A model generated the notes under the pieces. It saw only the letters and a list, made by a program, of their open reading frames with translations. It was not told the origin of the DNA and ran no database searches. Both the position numbers and the translations under genes were made by a program. Below, piece after piece: positions 1 through 15,578 of a stretch of 64,000 bases of DNA. Positions within the stretch are counted from its first letter, which is position 1, and every line of letters begins with the position of its first letter. Source of the stretch: an uncultured Nitrososphaeraceae archaeon (GTDB lineage: Archaea; Thermoproteota; Nitrososphaeria; Nitrososphaerales; Nitrososphaeraceae); NCBI GenBank assembly GCA_963779615.1, contig CAVZZA010000001.1, positions 224,001-288,000 of the forward strand, read 5' to 3'.

Positions 1-44
1 AAAGCAGTAGTATTTAAGTAGAACTATGGACACTATATACATAT

Positions 45-629
45 ATGTCATCTAATTTAAATGATAGTCCTCCACATTTTATAGTTCTAAACGCAATTTC
101 TAAAAACTTTAATACAACAGACAAAATCGTAAGAGCTACAAAGTTACCTAAACAAGAGGTTGAGAAAATTCTCAAGGAATTGGAAGATCAGAAACTGATC
201 TCAGGATTTGATAAAAAGAGTTTCTTTTTTGGGAAGAAAAGACAATATGGATTAAATGAGATAGGGGTGAAGGTGTTAGGCGACAAAAACAGAGAATTGG
301 AAGGCAAAATGAGACAGGTTCAGCAATGGTATTCACAAGGAGACAAGCAACAAGTTCAATCATTCATGGGCGATAACAGAGCATGGCTACCTATGATGAT
401 TTTTTCTGGAATTATGCAGATGGTAATGTTTACTTCGCTTATGTCAATGGCAGGAATGGCAATGAATCCCATGGAAAGTTCCATGGCAGGAGAAACTGAC
501 AGCGCTGGTGCAGACAGTGGTGCAGGTGCAGACACAGGAGCAACAACTGAAAATGTAGATGCACAAGGAGCAGATTTTGGAGATGCCAGTGGATTTGATC
601 TTGGCGGAGGAGGGTTTGATAGTTTTTAA
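45..629 (+). CDS. Hypothetical protein: N-terminal winged-helix-like domain, Met-rich hydrophobic helix, acidic Gly-rich tail
   Basis: 194 aa ORF with a TATA-like TTTAAGTA upstream. IVRATKLPKQEVEKILKELEDQKLI...YGLNEIG fits a wHTH pattern; the C-terminus is GFDLGGGGFDSF. Confidence 0.7.
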   Translation: MSSNLNDSPPHFIVLNAISKNFNTTDKIVRATKLPKQEVEKILKELEDQKLISGFDKKSFFFGKKRQYGLNEIGVKVLGDKNRELEGKMRQVQQWYSQGDKQQVQSFMGDNRAWLPMMIFSGIMQMVMFTSLMSMAGMAMNPMESSMAGETDSAGADSGAGADTGATTENVDAQGADFGDASGFDLGGGGFDSF

Positions 630-772
630 ATTATCATTTTTAAAATAAGATAGTCATTAAAATATTAAGCTTTTTAAATTACACAATTTTTATCAATTAT
701 CAACATACGGCTGCTGCCATTTTTTATTTGAAATTGCAATCATAACATATATGATCCACCCATCAAACATAC

Positions 773-1452
773 GGCCCTGTTAACTTAACGAAAATCCTAT
801 AGCTTGAAGATGCCTTATTTCCCATTTGTGCAATAAAAGTAACAGAACACCTTCAGAACACATTGGCCATGGTTTGTATTTGTACTTTCTCGGCTTGTTG
901 ACTGGTAATGTAGCCAAAGCGTTATCTTTTTTGCACATTGTAAAGAGAAGCCATGTTGCAATCTGGAAGTGGATTCAGAAATATCGACCCAAAAGGATAT
1001 CCTCAAAGAGAAAGAGAATTTCTGAATTCACAGTTGACGAGACGGCAATCAAGGCTGTTCGGAATGCATCTGGTTGTGGGTTGCCATCGAGCCAAAAAAA
1101 CAAGCAGACTCTCGCACTGTCAATCTCCAAAGAGAGAAACATGTTCGTGGCAGAGAGGTTTATTGCAGGTTTGACCAGGATTCATTGGAAGCATCCGGTT
1201 TCAACGGATGGTGGAACTTGGTATCCGCAGGCTTGCCGGTTCTTGAAACTAAATCACCATATCCATTCACCTTATGAGAAAAGCATCATTGAAAGGACAA
1301 TGCAGTGCATCAAGGACAGGACATAATGCTTTGACGACTATTTTCCTTGCAGCAGAAAGAAGGGTTGCAATCTCATCCATATCAAAAACTGGCTCAACCT
1401 GTTTGCGACAATGCATGACAAGGATATGCTAAACACTTAAGTTAACAGGGCC
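773..1452 (+). mobile_element. IS6-family insertion sequence (680 bp), transposase frameshifted
   Basis: Perfect 16-bp TIR GGCCCTGTTAACTTAA/TTAAGTTAACAGGGCC and 8-bp direct repeat AAACATAC (765-772, 1453-1460). Transposase motifs VDETAIK, VSTDGGTWYPQAC and KSIIER are split over frames. Confidence 0.93.
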
Positions 1453-1708
1453 AAACATACACCTTCATGCACATAAATAGATGAATCAAAATATCGATTG
1501 CTCCCCATATACATGACTAACACCATATTGACGCTTCCCATAAAAGAAAGACATTTTGCATTCCTACCCCCTTCCGTTTTTTGTAAAACAACGCCCTAAT
1601 TCTAATGACTATGTAGAGTTTATGTCAATTGACGTCTACAAATAACGCGATCATTATCAACAATGAAAAAATTTTTAAACATAATTGATATATTTAAAAT
1701 ACAAACCA

Positions 1709-1930
1709 ATGAAAAAATTTGAATGGCTTAAGATTTTTTTTATAGCATTGATTACCGGGAATATAATGGGAGCAGTATTATTTCAAATTTTAGAGAGTTT
1801 GACAATAGAAACAATAATAATTATGGAAGTTGTTTTAACGATTATTATTATAATATTATACCTATCCAGCAAATCATGGAATAAACGTCAAAATAAAATG
1901 AAAAAATTTGATAAAGATACAGTTAAATAA
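1709..1930 (+). CDS. Small two-TM membrane protein
   Basis: Two hydrophobic stretches and a basic tail; ATG at 1709 follows a TATA-like TTTTAAAC. Confidence 0.55.
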   Translation: MKKFEWLKIFFIALITGNIMGAVLFQILESLTIETIIIMEVVLTIIIIILYLSSKSWNKRQNKMKKFDKDTVK

Positions 1931-2206
1931 AATAGATCTGTGTTGTGACATGTTATTTTATTTTCAATTACCAAACATGTTCTGTTCACTGAAAAAGACT
2001 GTTTTTTCTTTGTACATCTGAATTGGTGTTTTCAAATAAAATATGCAATAATTTTGTATTGATTCAAGGAAAGAAGAATAGTTTTCAAGATTACTGTTTT
2101 CAATACCGATAAAATCAATCAATAAACCAATCCAAATAGAAATAATCAAACAAAATCTCAAGGAAATAAAGCCTAAAACAAAACTGGCCATACTTTAACA
2201 TTTTTA

Positions 2207-4030
2207 TTATTTCTGAGGTATTCTAAAGCAGAATGTGGCACCACTAACAGAGTTATTATAAGCCCAAATATTTCCAGAATGAGAATGAATAATACTTTTA
2301 GAAATAAATAAACCAAGTCCGGTGCCTTCAAAGGATTTGGAGGCAAATTTAGTAAACAATCTTGGTAAGATCTCAGGATCTATCCCCTGGCCCGAATCGG
2401 TTACTCTAACAACTACATAATCTTTATTTTTTGTTTTATCTTTTTCTAAAGCTGCCTCTACAGTTATAGATCCACTTTCAGTAAATTTAAGGGAATTACT
2501 TAATAAATTAAAAATAACCTGAGTAATTCTGTTTTTATCCGCAAAAACAAATATATCTTTAGGGTGATACACTATATCTAAATTATTAAGTTGTTCAGAA
2601 TTATTGCTAATTATCTGTAATTTAATATCACTAATGCAAGAAACAATTACATCTTTGATATTGAATTTTTCTTGATTAAGTTTTAACGATTGACTCTCTA
2701 TTCTAGTTATATCCAAAATGTCCGAAGACAGCCTCTTTAATCGTTTAGCATTTCTAATAATAGAACTAACTTGTTCCTTATCTATCATAACCTCTTTTTT
2801 TCCGGCCTCAAATTGTTTTTCTAAAAACATTGCATCTCCCAATATAGGCATTATTGGAGTTCTCAATTCATGAGCAGCTATGTTTATAAACTCTTTTTGC
2901 ATCTTATCATGGATTTTAAGTTTTTCGTTTGCTAATTCTAATAATTTATTATTTTCCTTCAAAGAATTGTTTGCGTCCTTTAACTCAATTGTTCTTGAAT
3001 TCACTGCAGATTCTAACCTTTTATTCCACGATAGAATCAAAAAAGCAATACCCAAAGCAATAATACCTATTATCAATACCATCAAAGTACTAAAATTTTT
3101 TTGGTTATTTATTAAAACACCAACCTCAGTAGCAAGTTGATGGGGAGCACTTACAAACAAAGTCCACAAATATTTTCCTCCAATAGAAACAGGTTGATAA
3201 GAAATAGTAGTCTTGTTTCCACCCATCAATAAAAGATCATCTGCGCCTGAGGAACCTTGAAGAGATCTTTCTAAAATAGAATTGTATGGCCCTTTAATTT
3301 CTTTTGGTATTAGAGATTGAAACTCTGTATCCAAATAATTTTTACCTATAAGTGCAGGGTTTCGGGAATATATTATTACGCCATTTTTATCCATCAAGCC
3401 AACATTGCTGGCCACTTGAGGAGTTATCTCACTTTGTAAAAAATTTCCCAATTCATGGATTTTTATAGAAGAAACAATTACGCCTTTAAAAACACTAGCA
3501 AAAGAACTCGATTTTTCGAAAATTGGGAACGAAATATACAATCTAGGAATTTTATCAATAGATTCTATTGCACTGCTATAATATCTAGACAGTGTCTCTT
3601 TTGGAATAACAAAGTATTCCCTATTACTCAAGTTAATAGAAGTATAGGAGTGAACTAAACTGGAATTAACATTACTTATAGATATAATTCTTCCATTTTC
3701 ATCAATCCAATAGTAACCCTCGGTTATTGTATTTGTTGAGTTTTGAACCTGATCTATGAGTTTTTTGGTTCCTTCTATATCACTATAGTTCACCACTTTA
3801 GATAAAATTTCCAAATTGGTTGATATAGGATCAATTATATGAAGGAGAGTTCTTGAAAGCCCATCAGTTTCAATGATTGCATTAGATCTAATGTCATTAG
3901 AAGCAACATCTGCAATTTGATCTGCAGTAAGGCCTGAATAATGGTAAGAAAGAAAGGATAAAGATATCCCCACTCCAACTACCAGAATTAATAAAAATAT
4001 ATTATTTCTAGATAATATTATGCCAATCAT
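2207..4030 (-). CDS. Membrane sensor histidine kinase with extracellular Cache-like domain
   Basis: Two TM helices flank a periplasmic-type domain (NLSNREYF). H-box AAHELRTP, N-box NLLSNSLKF, G1 DSGQGI, G2 GTGLGL. Confidence 0.93.
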   Translation of the reverse strand: MIGIILSRNNIFLLILVVGVGISLSFLSYHYSGLTADQIADVASNDIRSNAIIETDGLSRTLLHIIDPISTNLEILSKVVNYSDIEGTKKLIDQVQNSTNTITEGYYWIDENGRIISISNVNSSLVHSYTSINLSNREYFVIPKETLSRYYSSAIESIDKIPRLYISFPIFEKSSSFASVFKGVIVSSIKIHELGNFLQSEITPQVASNVGLMDKNGVIIYSRNPALIGKNYLDTEFQSLIPKEIKGPYNSILERSLQGSSGADDLLLMGGNKTTISYQPVSIGGKYLWTLFVSAPHQLATEVGVLINNQKNFSTLMVLIIGIIALGIAFLILSWNKRLESAVNSRTIELKDANNSLKENNKLLELANEKLKIHDKMQKEFINIAAHELRTPIMPILGDAMFLEKQFEAGKKEVMIDKEQVSSIIRNAKRLKRLSSDILDITRIESQSLKLNQEKFNIKDVIVSCISDIKLQIISNNSEQLNNLDIVYHPKDIFVFADKNRITQVIFNLLSNSLKFTESGSITVEAALEKDKTKNKDYVVVRVTDSGQGIDPEILPRLFTKFASKSFEGTGLGLFISKSIIHSHSGNIWAYNNSVSGATFCFRIPQK

Positions 4031-4115
4031 TTATACCGATTTAACAACAACACAGTTTTGCTGAAATTAATTAATTTCAATTTGGAGTATATATTTTACT
4101 AAATTAGACACCATA

Positions 4116-4538
4116 TTACATCGATAACATAGATTTAATTTTAAATATCAAATCATTCATATCTATCGGTTTAATTATAAAATCTTTAACTTCGATAGAT
4201 GGAAGAACCTTGGTAAATTCATCTTTATTTATTTCAAAGGCGGTAATAAAAGCAATTTTTGTATTTGGTCGTGCTTCTTTAATTTGTCTATATAAATCAA
4301 AGCCATTCATCCTAGGCATCCGTATATCGGTAATAATTATATCATAATAATCTGGTTCATGATTTTTAAACGAACTCAAAGCCTCATTACCACTAGAAAA
4401 TGTTTCTACTTGAAATTCATTAGTGATTTCCAAATCCCTTTTAATTATTCTAAGTATATCTTTTTCGTCATCAACAACCATAATCCGAGCCAATTCATTA
4501 TTTTTAAAACAATTATTAATTTCTATTTTAGATGACAT
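4116..4538 (-). CDS. Stand-alone response regulator receiver (CheY-like)
   Basis: VVDDE, ITDIRMP (phospho-Asp), ITA and IKP motifs. Confidence 0.93.
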   Translation of the reverse strand: MSSKIEINNCFKNNELARIMVVDDEKDILRIIKRDLEITNEFQVETFSSGNEALSSFKNHEPDYYDIIITDIRMPRMNGFDLYRQIKEARPNTKIAFITAFEINKDEFTKVLPSIEVKDFIIKPIDMNDLIFKIKSMLSM

Positions 4539-4667
4539 ATATATTCTTTTTACACTAATAATTAATTAAATGAAATATATTAATTAGCATTTTCAAATAA
4601 AGTATAGATCATTTTTATAATCTAATACTTAAAATAGAAGGATTCATGTTCTTATTACCTACAAATC

Positions 4668-4696
4668 TTTAATGCATAATAAAATTATGCATTAAA
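4668..4696. promoter_or_regulatory. Perfect 13-bp-arm palindrome in a divergent intergenic region; candidate operator
   Basis: TTTAATGCATAAT-AAA-ATTATGCATTAAA lies between the receiver gene (-) and the GNAT gene (+). Confidence 0.45.
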
Positions 4697-4748
4697 AAAA
4701 CATTTCATCAACATAAAAATAGATTATATTTTAATAACAAAGTAACAA

Positions 4749-5192
4749 ATGTCATTTACAATAAGAGAATTAAAAGAAGAAGATTTTTCCAATGGATTTT
4801 TTGAAACATTATCTAATCTTGCCGAAGTCGGTAAAACAAGAAATGATTTAAACCTTGCAAAAGAAATTTTAAAAAGAATTGACAGTGATAGAAACTACAG
4901 AATAATCATAGCACAAGATAAGCAAAATCGTCAAGTAATAGGTACAGCCACATTACTCATCGAACAGAAATTTATCCATAATGGAGGGAAAGCAGGACAC
5001 ATTGAAGATGTAGCTACACGAAAGGGTTATGAGGGAAAAGGTATAGGAAAAAAAGTGATAGAGGAATTGATAAAAATAGCAAAAGAAAATGAATGCTATA
5101 AAGTAATTCTAGATTGCAATGAAAAAGTTATGGAGTTCTATGAGAAAACGGGTTTTAGAAAGCATGCGATAATGATGAGAATCGATATATGA
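4749..5192 (+). CDS. GNAT acetyltransferase, glucosamine-6-phosphate N-acetyltransferase (GNA1)-like
   Basis: IEQKFIH-x-GG-x-GHIEDV, acetyl-CoA motif YEGKGIGK, CYKVILDC and FYEK-x-GF. Confidence 0.85.
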   Translation: MSFTIRELKEEDFSNGFFETLSNLAEVGKTRNDLNLAKEILKRIDSDRNYRIIIAQDKQNRQVIGTATLLIEQKFIHNGGKAGHIEDVATRKGYEGKGIGKKVIEELIKIAKENECYKVILDCNEKVMEFYEKTGFRKHAIMMRIDI

Positions 5193-5243
5193 TGATGCCA
5201 ATTTTGGCGCAAGTTTTTTATATCAATAAACACATACAAAGTA

Positions 5244-5624
5244 ATGCACATGGAAAATGAAACATTTGACCTAAAAAACAGACCTCTTGAAAGAATATTT
5301 CAAAATAATATTGCTAGGATAATAGATTTTTTTATTATTAATCAAAATTTTAGTTTTTCAACTGCGGAAATCAGTGAATTGGGTGATATCCCTCTTAGAA
5401 CAATTCAAAGAATTCTTCCTCAATTAGTTGAAAAGGAAATAATAAAAGAAGTAAAAAGAAGTAAAAAAAATAAAGCTTATGAATTAAACAAAAATTCTGA
5501 ACTGGCAGAAATTTTAAATAATTACGCAATTAGTACAATGAATGCATTCATAAACGATGGGATTCGACAAGGAAGAAACAAAAATGTGATAGAACTTAAC
5601 AAATTAGTAGATAACACCACCTAA
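5244..5624 (+). CDS. Winged-helix transcriptional regulator
   Basis: FSTAEISELGDIPLRTIQRILPQLVEKEII...YELN HTH pattern; TATA (TTTATAT) at ~5217. Confidence 0.7.
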   Translation: MHMENETFDLKNRPLERIFQNNIARIIDFFIINQNFSFSTAEISELGDIPLRTIQRILPQLVEKEIIKEVKRSKKNKAYELNKNSELAEILNNYAISTMNAFINDGIRQGRNKNVIELNKLVDNTT

Positions 5625-5799
5625 CAAATAATTTAATCAAAGTAAAATAAATCAATTTTTAAGGGGATCAAACTCCATTACATATCTTCATCACTATCTG
5701 CAAAGACAATATAACGCTCAATTCCATTTTTGTCAGTAAATATAGCATATTCACAAAAAAAATGATTATGCCAGCGTTATCCAATGCAACATTTTTTCC

Positions 5800-6052
5800 A
5801 CTACAGCAATAAAGATAACAATAACAGCAACACTAAAGGAGAAACAAGGAAAAAGAATTCTTTACGCACAAAATAACCAAAAGGCAACAAAGCGTATGGA
5901 AACAAAATATAGAGATAGTATGTAGGCTGAACCATTGTATTTGTCCATGTCTGTGTTCGTGTGATGTACGCACCATTACAGCAATTGTAGTAGTAGTAGT
6001 TGTAGTGGCAACAATAATCTGGCTGTAACCCAGCAAATTGGTGTCATAACAG
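5800..6052 (-). ncRNA. 3' external spacer arm of the 23S processing stem (pairs with ~9232-9500)
   Basis: Colinear reverse-complement blocks: 5868-5882 vs 9415-9429 (15 bp), 5959-5968 vs 9330-9339, 6041-6048 vs 9234-9241. Confidence 0.75.
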
Positions 6053-6118
6053 TTCCTACGGTAATTCAAATTTTATAATGCTTTATCCTTTTTTTCTGTC
6101 TGTCGGTTTTGTTTTGTC

Positions 6119-9074
<2,956 letters not shown>

Positions 9075-10096
9075 CAGCTCCAGTTTTGTTTCCAGTTTTG
9101 CTGGATAGAGATTATTTTTAATTTGACCTTTGATGATCATTTCCTTATCATGATCTTAGTCTAGTCACTCGATAGATCGAGTTCCACAATCCAGTGATAA
9201 TAATTAACACATCTTCAACGGTTGTTTTACACGTATGACACTATTACTCCACTTTTCTGCTGTTTTTTTACTGCCTACAACTATGATTACTACTGCAACT
9301 ATTACTTCAACAACAACTATAATCGTGTTTACATCACACATCACACAAACAAAGACAAAAACAACACTTCAACCTATATAGTACCTGTATTATTCCTGTT
9401 CCATATCTTTTACTTTTTGGTTATTTTGTTATTGCGCGAATGCTCTAGCCGTTTCCTTTCTTTATCATTTTCTTGCTGTAATTGCTACTGTTGCGCTGTC
9501 GATATTGCTTTTGTTTTTGGCTTGATGTATGTTTTTTGTATATTCACATATTTGTGCAATATGCATACTTTTGTTCATGTTTGTATTGATTGTTTATTTG
9601 TTTTGTCATCTATCAATCAGATAGTAATACTATGATGGAGTTTGATCCTATACACGGCATCATCGCAGGCAGCACCACTACATTTTATGTAGGGTACTCT
9701 GCTACGCCAACTTCATCCTTTGTCTCCCCAACTCCTCAGTTTTGTGACAAAGAATTGCATCCGTTTTTTTTTATTTACTAATTCAGTGTGTTTTTTTTGT
9801 TCGGTAATACTGACTTGACTTTATGCATGCAAAAAGACCAGATAGACATTTAATATTAATTAACTGCTCTCTGAGACCATATGTCGTATATTCTCTCACA
9901 GAGCGTAATATTGCTGTTCATCATAATACTTGCACAGACATCATCAGCAGTTTCCGCGTTTGCAACGCACATAAAACCATATAAAGCATCCAAAAACTTC
10001 AAGGAAACAAGTAAGTTGGTTGGTTAGTTGAGTTTTCCTCCCTCTTCACCCATTTTTCTCTTTTTGTCTTATGCTCTGTGTTGCAAGATGATAACT
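9075..10096 (-). ncRNA. 16S-23S internal transcribed spacer, ~1020 nt, no tRNA recognised
   Basis: Lies between the rRNAs and contains arms complementary to both the 5' and 3' external spacers. Confidence 0.85.
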
Positions 10097-11566
<1,470 letters not shown>

Positions 11567-12255
11567 CAAAAAAATAATAATGAAAACATAGATGATAAAC
11601 ACACACATGCATTTTGCTTTGCTTTGCTTTCATGACAAAACATCACAAAACACACACATGCATTATTTATTACCTATCGGTTGACTTTTGCTTTAGTATA
11701 CGTAGTTTTGGTCTCTCACTCCCTGTTCCTCTTCCCCCCTTTGCCCCCCAGTTGCGGGATGAACGCGAGGAAAAAAAGAAATGGCAATGATCAACACAAA
11801 AGAACGCTTATTGAGTTTTTTCTCTGCATCTGCCACTACCGGCATGCCCGTTTTTTTCTTTGGAAAAGCAGGCAACGGCAGGTGTGCAGAAGCAGAGAAA
11901 GAGAGTACGATCGAAAAAGAAAGAAAAACTTACTTAACTAACTTACTTGTCTATTTTTTAGTTTTCTTAAGCATTATACCATATCACATGTCATTACAGA
12001 AACACAAATTCTGCTGATAATGCCTTTTGTGCTATTATAATAAATCTTTTTCAATGTCTATCTGATCTTCCCATGTCAGATTCGATCTATCAAGTCAGTT
12101 CCGATGTGCTGATCGAATCCCCATCCATCATTCCACTGTTTTTAATATTATGATGTTAATCGGTAATGTAACGAGCGCATCTGGAGGTCAGTAAATCACA
12201 TTATGGCACAAGCCAACTTCATCACCGACGCCGCCTTTTGTCTTGGACGCGTTCT
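11567..12255 (-). ncRNA. 5' external transcribed spacer with 16S processing-stem arm (~11900-12140)
   Basis: Reverse-complement blocks 11940-11950 vs 10007-10017, 12011-12018 vs 9943-9950, 12053-12064 vs 9839-9850, 12090-12099 vs 9809-9818. Confidence 0.7.
11597..11664. repeat. 17-bp direct repeat AAACACACACATGCATT x2 just upstream of the 16S 5' end
   Basis: Copies at 11597-11613 and 11648-11664, separated by a (TTTGC)n run. Confidence 0.8.
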
Positions 12256-12276
12256 ATTACTCGTGGCGTGGCTGTC

Positions 12277-12296
12277 AATATAAATCTTATTTTTAC
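12277..12296 (-). promoter_or_regulatory. Probable rRNA operon promoter (BRE + TATA box)
   Basis: The minus strand reads GGTAAAAATAAGA-TTTATATT followed by a GC-richer leader; the TATA is at 12279-12284. Confidence 0.6.
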
Positions 12297-12788
12297 CCTT
12301 TAAAATCATACAAAACTGCAAAAACGCAGTACATATCCCTTTTATGTATACTATTGTTCTTTTTACAATTCGCTCCTAGGTTTGAAAAATTAGGTAATAG
12401 TGGCATTAGCATTGACTTTTAAATTACCCCATTCTTTAACAAAAAAATTTGATAATTAATTCCATATAAAAAAGAAGAAATGTAATTAATTAATACACAA
12501 AAACGCTTTAATCTGTTTATGGACAGGTATAATAACACGGTACGGTTAAATTTGAAGATCAAACTCTAAATATATTTATTGCGCAATCATTTGAAAAAAA
12601 ATCAAAGTTTTATAATATTTTAGCTTTAAAAACTTTTAATCACATCTTAACAGTTTGCATATTTTTTATTCAGACTTTATGACGTTTCGAAGAATTAGTA
12701 TTCGATAGGTCTTCCATATTGCCGCAATTATTTTTTTTCTGCTAAAAAAATAATTAAATTACTTTTTATAATTAAATGATATATTGAT

Positions 12789-13346
12789 TTGATAGATAAA
12801 ACAAAATCATATGAAGAAATTAAAACCAATGTAGTTAATTGCACATTATGCAAACTGTGTCGTGATAGAAAAAATGCTGTCCCCGGTCGTGGAAATCTTA
12901 ATTCAAAAATCTTATTTGTAGGGGAAGCACCTGGAAAAAACGAGGATTTTTTAGGTTTACCATTCATCGGTTTTGCAGGCAAAATATTGGAAGAATCTTT
13001 GAAAAAAGCAGGACTTGGAAGAGAAGATGTATATATAACCAATATAGTAAAATGCAGGCCGCCAAATAATCGTGTTCCAGAGAAGGACGAAATTAACACA
13101 TGTTTGCAATATCTAAGAAAAGAAATACAAATAATCTCACCTACTATTGTTTGTATTCTAGGAGCAACTGCTTTGCAATCTCTTCTGAACCTAAAAAATT
13201 TGCAAAAATATCACGGAAAAATAATTACTCATGATAACGTTATATATTTTATAACTTATCACCCTGCAGCAACTATTTATAACAATGATCTGAGAGAATT
13301 ATTTTTTAATGAAATAAGTTTGGTAGTAAATATGGTAAAAAACTAA
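12789..13346 (+). CDS. udg: Family 4 uracil-DNA glycosylase ([4Fe-4S])
   Basis: CTLC, VGEAPG, PFIG, NIVKCRPPNNR and TYHPAA motifs. Confidence 0.93.
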   Translation: MIDKTKSYEEIKTNVVNCTLCKLCRDRKNAVPGRGNLNSKILFVGEAPGKNEDFLGLPFIGFAGKILEESLKKAGLGREDVYITNIVKCRPPNNRVPEKDEINTCLQYLRKEIQIISPTIVCILGATALQSLLNLKNLQKYHGKIITHDNVIYFITYHPAATIYNNDLRELFFNEISLVVNMVKN

Positions 13347-13541
13347 TATTATCTGTATTTAGTTATTTTGATGGTTTTAAACAAATATCTTTCTATAAAT
13401 AAAACTGTTGTTAAGAAATACACATGGCATTAAATTAATGTATTATATCATTAATGCGTATATTGGGCATTGTATTCAATCTATTTTAGAACTATGCATA
13501 AACAATAAATGATGATAGAATAAAATCAAAAATACTTTTAG

Positions 13542-13937
13542 ATGAAAATCATTCTATTACAGTCACTAAAATTTTTTATTGTAGGCTTTAGTGGTATGTT
13601 TGTTAACTATTTTTCCGCTATCTTTTTTTTCGGCATCTTTAAAAATGAATTTATTTATACCACTTCATTAGGAATTGTCATTTCAATTTTTTCAAATTTT
13701 ATTCTTAATAAAGTTTGGACTTTTAAAGATCTTAATTTTTCGCCAAAATATTTGGTAAAACAAATAATATCCTTCATAATTATTAGTTCAATAGGCATTA
13801 TAATTCAACTGTTTTTGGTATATATCTTAATTGAAAAAGGATTTTCATATTCTGTTTCACTAGTTTTTTCAATACTTGTGGCCGCTGCGGGAAACTTTAT
13901 TTTAAATAAAAAAATTACTTTTGAGAAGAATAGGTGA
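13542..13937 (+). CDS. GtrA-family membrane protein
   Basis: Four TM segments; KFFIVG and repeated NFILNK-x-(W/I)TF motifs. Confidence 0.85.
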   Translation: MKIILLQSLKFFIVGFSGMFVNYFSAIFFFGIFKNEFIYTTSLGIVISIFSNFILNKVWTFKDLNFSPKYLVKQIISFIIISSIGIIIQLFLVYILIEKGFSYSVSLVFSILVAAAGNFILNKKITFEKNR

Positions 13938-14575
13938 AATAGTTAATTTTATTGTTGATGGTGTTGCCCCATAATGCAATAACCTTTGTTATTTCTTATT
14001 ATTGGGGTTTCCAGTCAACCTTTAAAGAAATCAATACGGACTTTTTATTAAATGTTATCTAAATTATATATAGACATATTGTTAAAAATAAATAACTATT
14101 GTTAACAATTATTTAACAAAGTTGCATAACCTTGTAAAGTATTTGTGACTTCTATGTCATGGTTTTTATATTAAATACTTCATCGCTTGCTAACTGCCAA
14201 TCCTGTTTTTTGCTAGCCTTTTAATGTAGAATTGTTAATACTAATCCAAATGTAGAAGTGGTTGAAAGGAATAATTATTCTGACGCATGTTTCATCCCAA
14301 TAGTAGTAAGCAAGGCATGCTAAAGGTGTTAGGAAAGGAAAAAAACACAATCAATTTACAGGTAGATATACCGTATCCTTACATGACTATTAAAGTGCAG
14401 AAAGATGCATGATACATGCATCAAACATACATATTGTCATATATTTCTACGAGACCAAATCAACAAAAAAGGAAAAGACACATTTACAGACAAGCCTAAT
14501 CAAATATAAAAATAAATACAAATATAAAAAAATATTAATCAAGAGATATAACAACAATATGAAAAAAGTTAAAAA

Positions 14576-15578
14576 ATGATACAAATTGACGATAATAAAA
14601 TTTTCCAAATAATAGAATCCAAACAACCTAGATCTGTCGCTCTAAATGGGCCTGAGCCATTGCTTCCAAAAATTCAAGCAGTTTCCGAAAAGATTGAGGA
14701 AAAATTTAACATTATTTCATATATAATTGGCGAACGTAGTTGGGGATCATGTGATTTAAATACTCAGGCTGCGAATATGTTAAATGCAGATATTTTATTT
14801 AACATAGGACACACAATAGCAATAGATAGATTCGGCGATAAAGTATTTATGATAAATGCTTATGACGACATAAGTTTTGACAAAGTGGCCCTCAAATGTG
14901 CCAACACATTAAAAGGAAAGTTTAAAAATATATCATTGGTTACAGACAGTCAACACATCCATCAAATCTCCAGGGTAAAAGACATTTTTGAAGAAAACGG
15001 TTTTTCAGTGGTCATTGGGAAAGGCAAAGGACAGCTGAAATGATGCACAAGTTTTCGGCTGTGAATTTTATCCTGTGCATAATATTGCTAACGAAATCGA
15101 GGTATTTATTTTTCTAGGCCAAAGCAGATTCCATTCTATTGGAGTAGCACTGTCTACAGAAAAACCAACATATATGCTAGACCCTTATTTTGAAGAATTT
15201 TTATTGATTAATGAAGAAGCTGAAGTGATTAAAAAGAAATCAATTTTATCTGTGTATAAAGCCTTAGATGCAAGAAAAATTGGAATAATAATCGGTCTAA
15301 AAGAAGGACAATTTGCAAACATCAAAGCTCTAGACATTAGAAAAGATTTAGTAAAATTAGGAATGCAAACACAGTTGATAGCTTTAACAGAAATTTCAAA
15401 TGAAAAATTACAAAATTTTAAAGAAATTGATGCTTTTATACAAGTTGCATGTCCAAGGCTCGGAACTGACAATTACTTTTCAAAGCCCGTTTTATCGGTT
15501 CCTCAATCACAAGCATTCATTAAACTATTAAAAAAAGAACCAATAGAAGAATTTTTCAAAATTCAGCACTGGTTGTAA
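14576..15578 (+). CDS. dph2: Diphthamide biosynthesis enzyme Dph2, split by a +1 frameshift at ~15038-15040 (likely sequencing error)
   Basis: The three Fe-S Cys motifs WGSCD, QVFGC and VACPR are all present. Removing one A from CTGAAATGATGCA restores GKGQLNDAQVFGCE. Confidence 0.9.

Noticed and set aside
699-716. ATCAACATACGGCTGCTG resembling the IS6 left junction at 762-779; CATCAAACATAC also recurs at 14419-14430
   Set aside because: Too short, with no further IS sequence; cannot be distinguished from chance.
1485-1555. Minus-strand peptide MSFFYGKRQYGV resembling SFFFGKKRQYGL in ORF 45..629
   Set aside because: Similarity covers only ~30 nt of low-complexity sequence and does not extend; probably chance.
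9075-10096. Possible tRNA or CRISPR-like array in the long ITS
   Set aside because: No cloverleaf or T-loop motif and no regularly spaced repeats; the sequence is explained by processing-stem arms.
15041-15043. TGA in dph2 as selenocysteine or readthrough, or programmed frameshift
   Set aside because: Downstream homology is in another frame, and there is no slippery heptamer or stimulatory structure; a single-base indel explains it.
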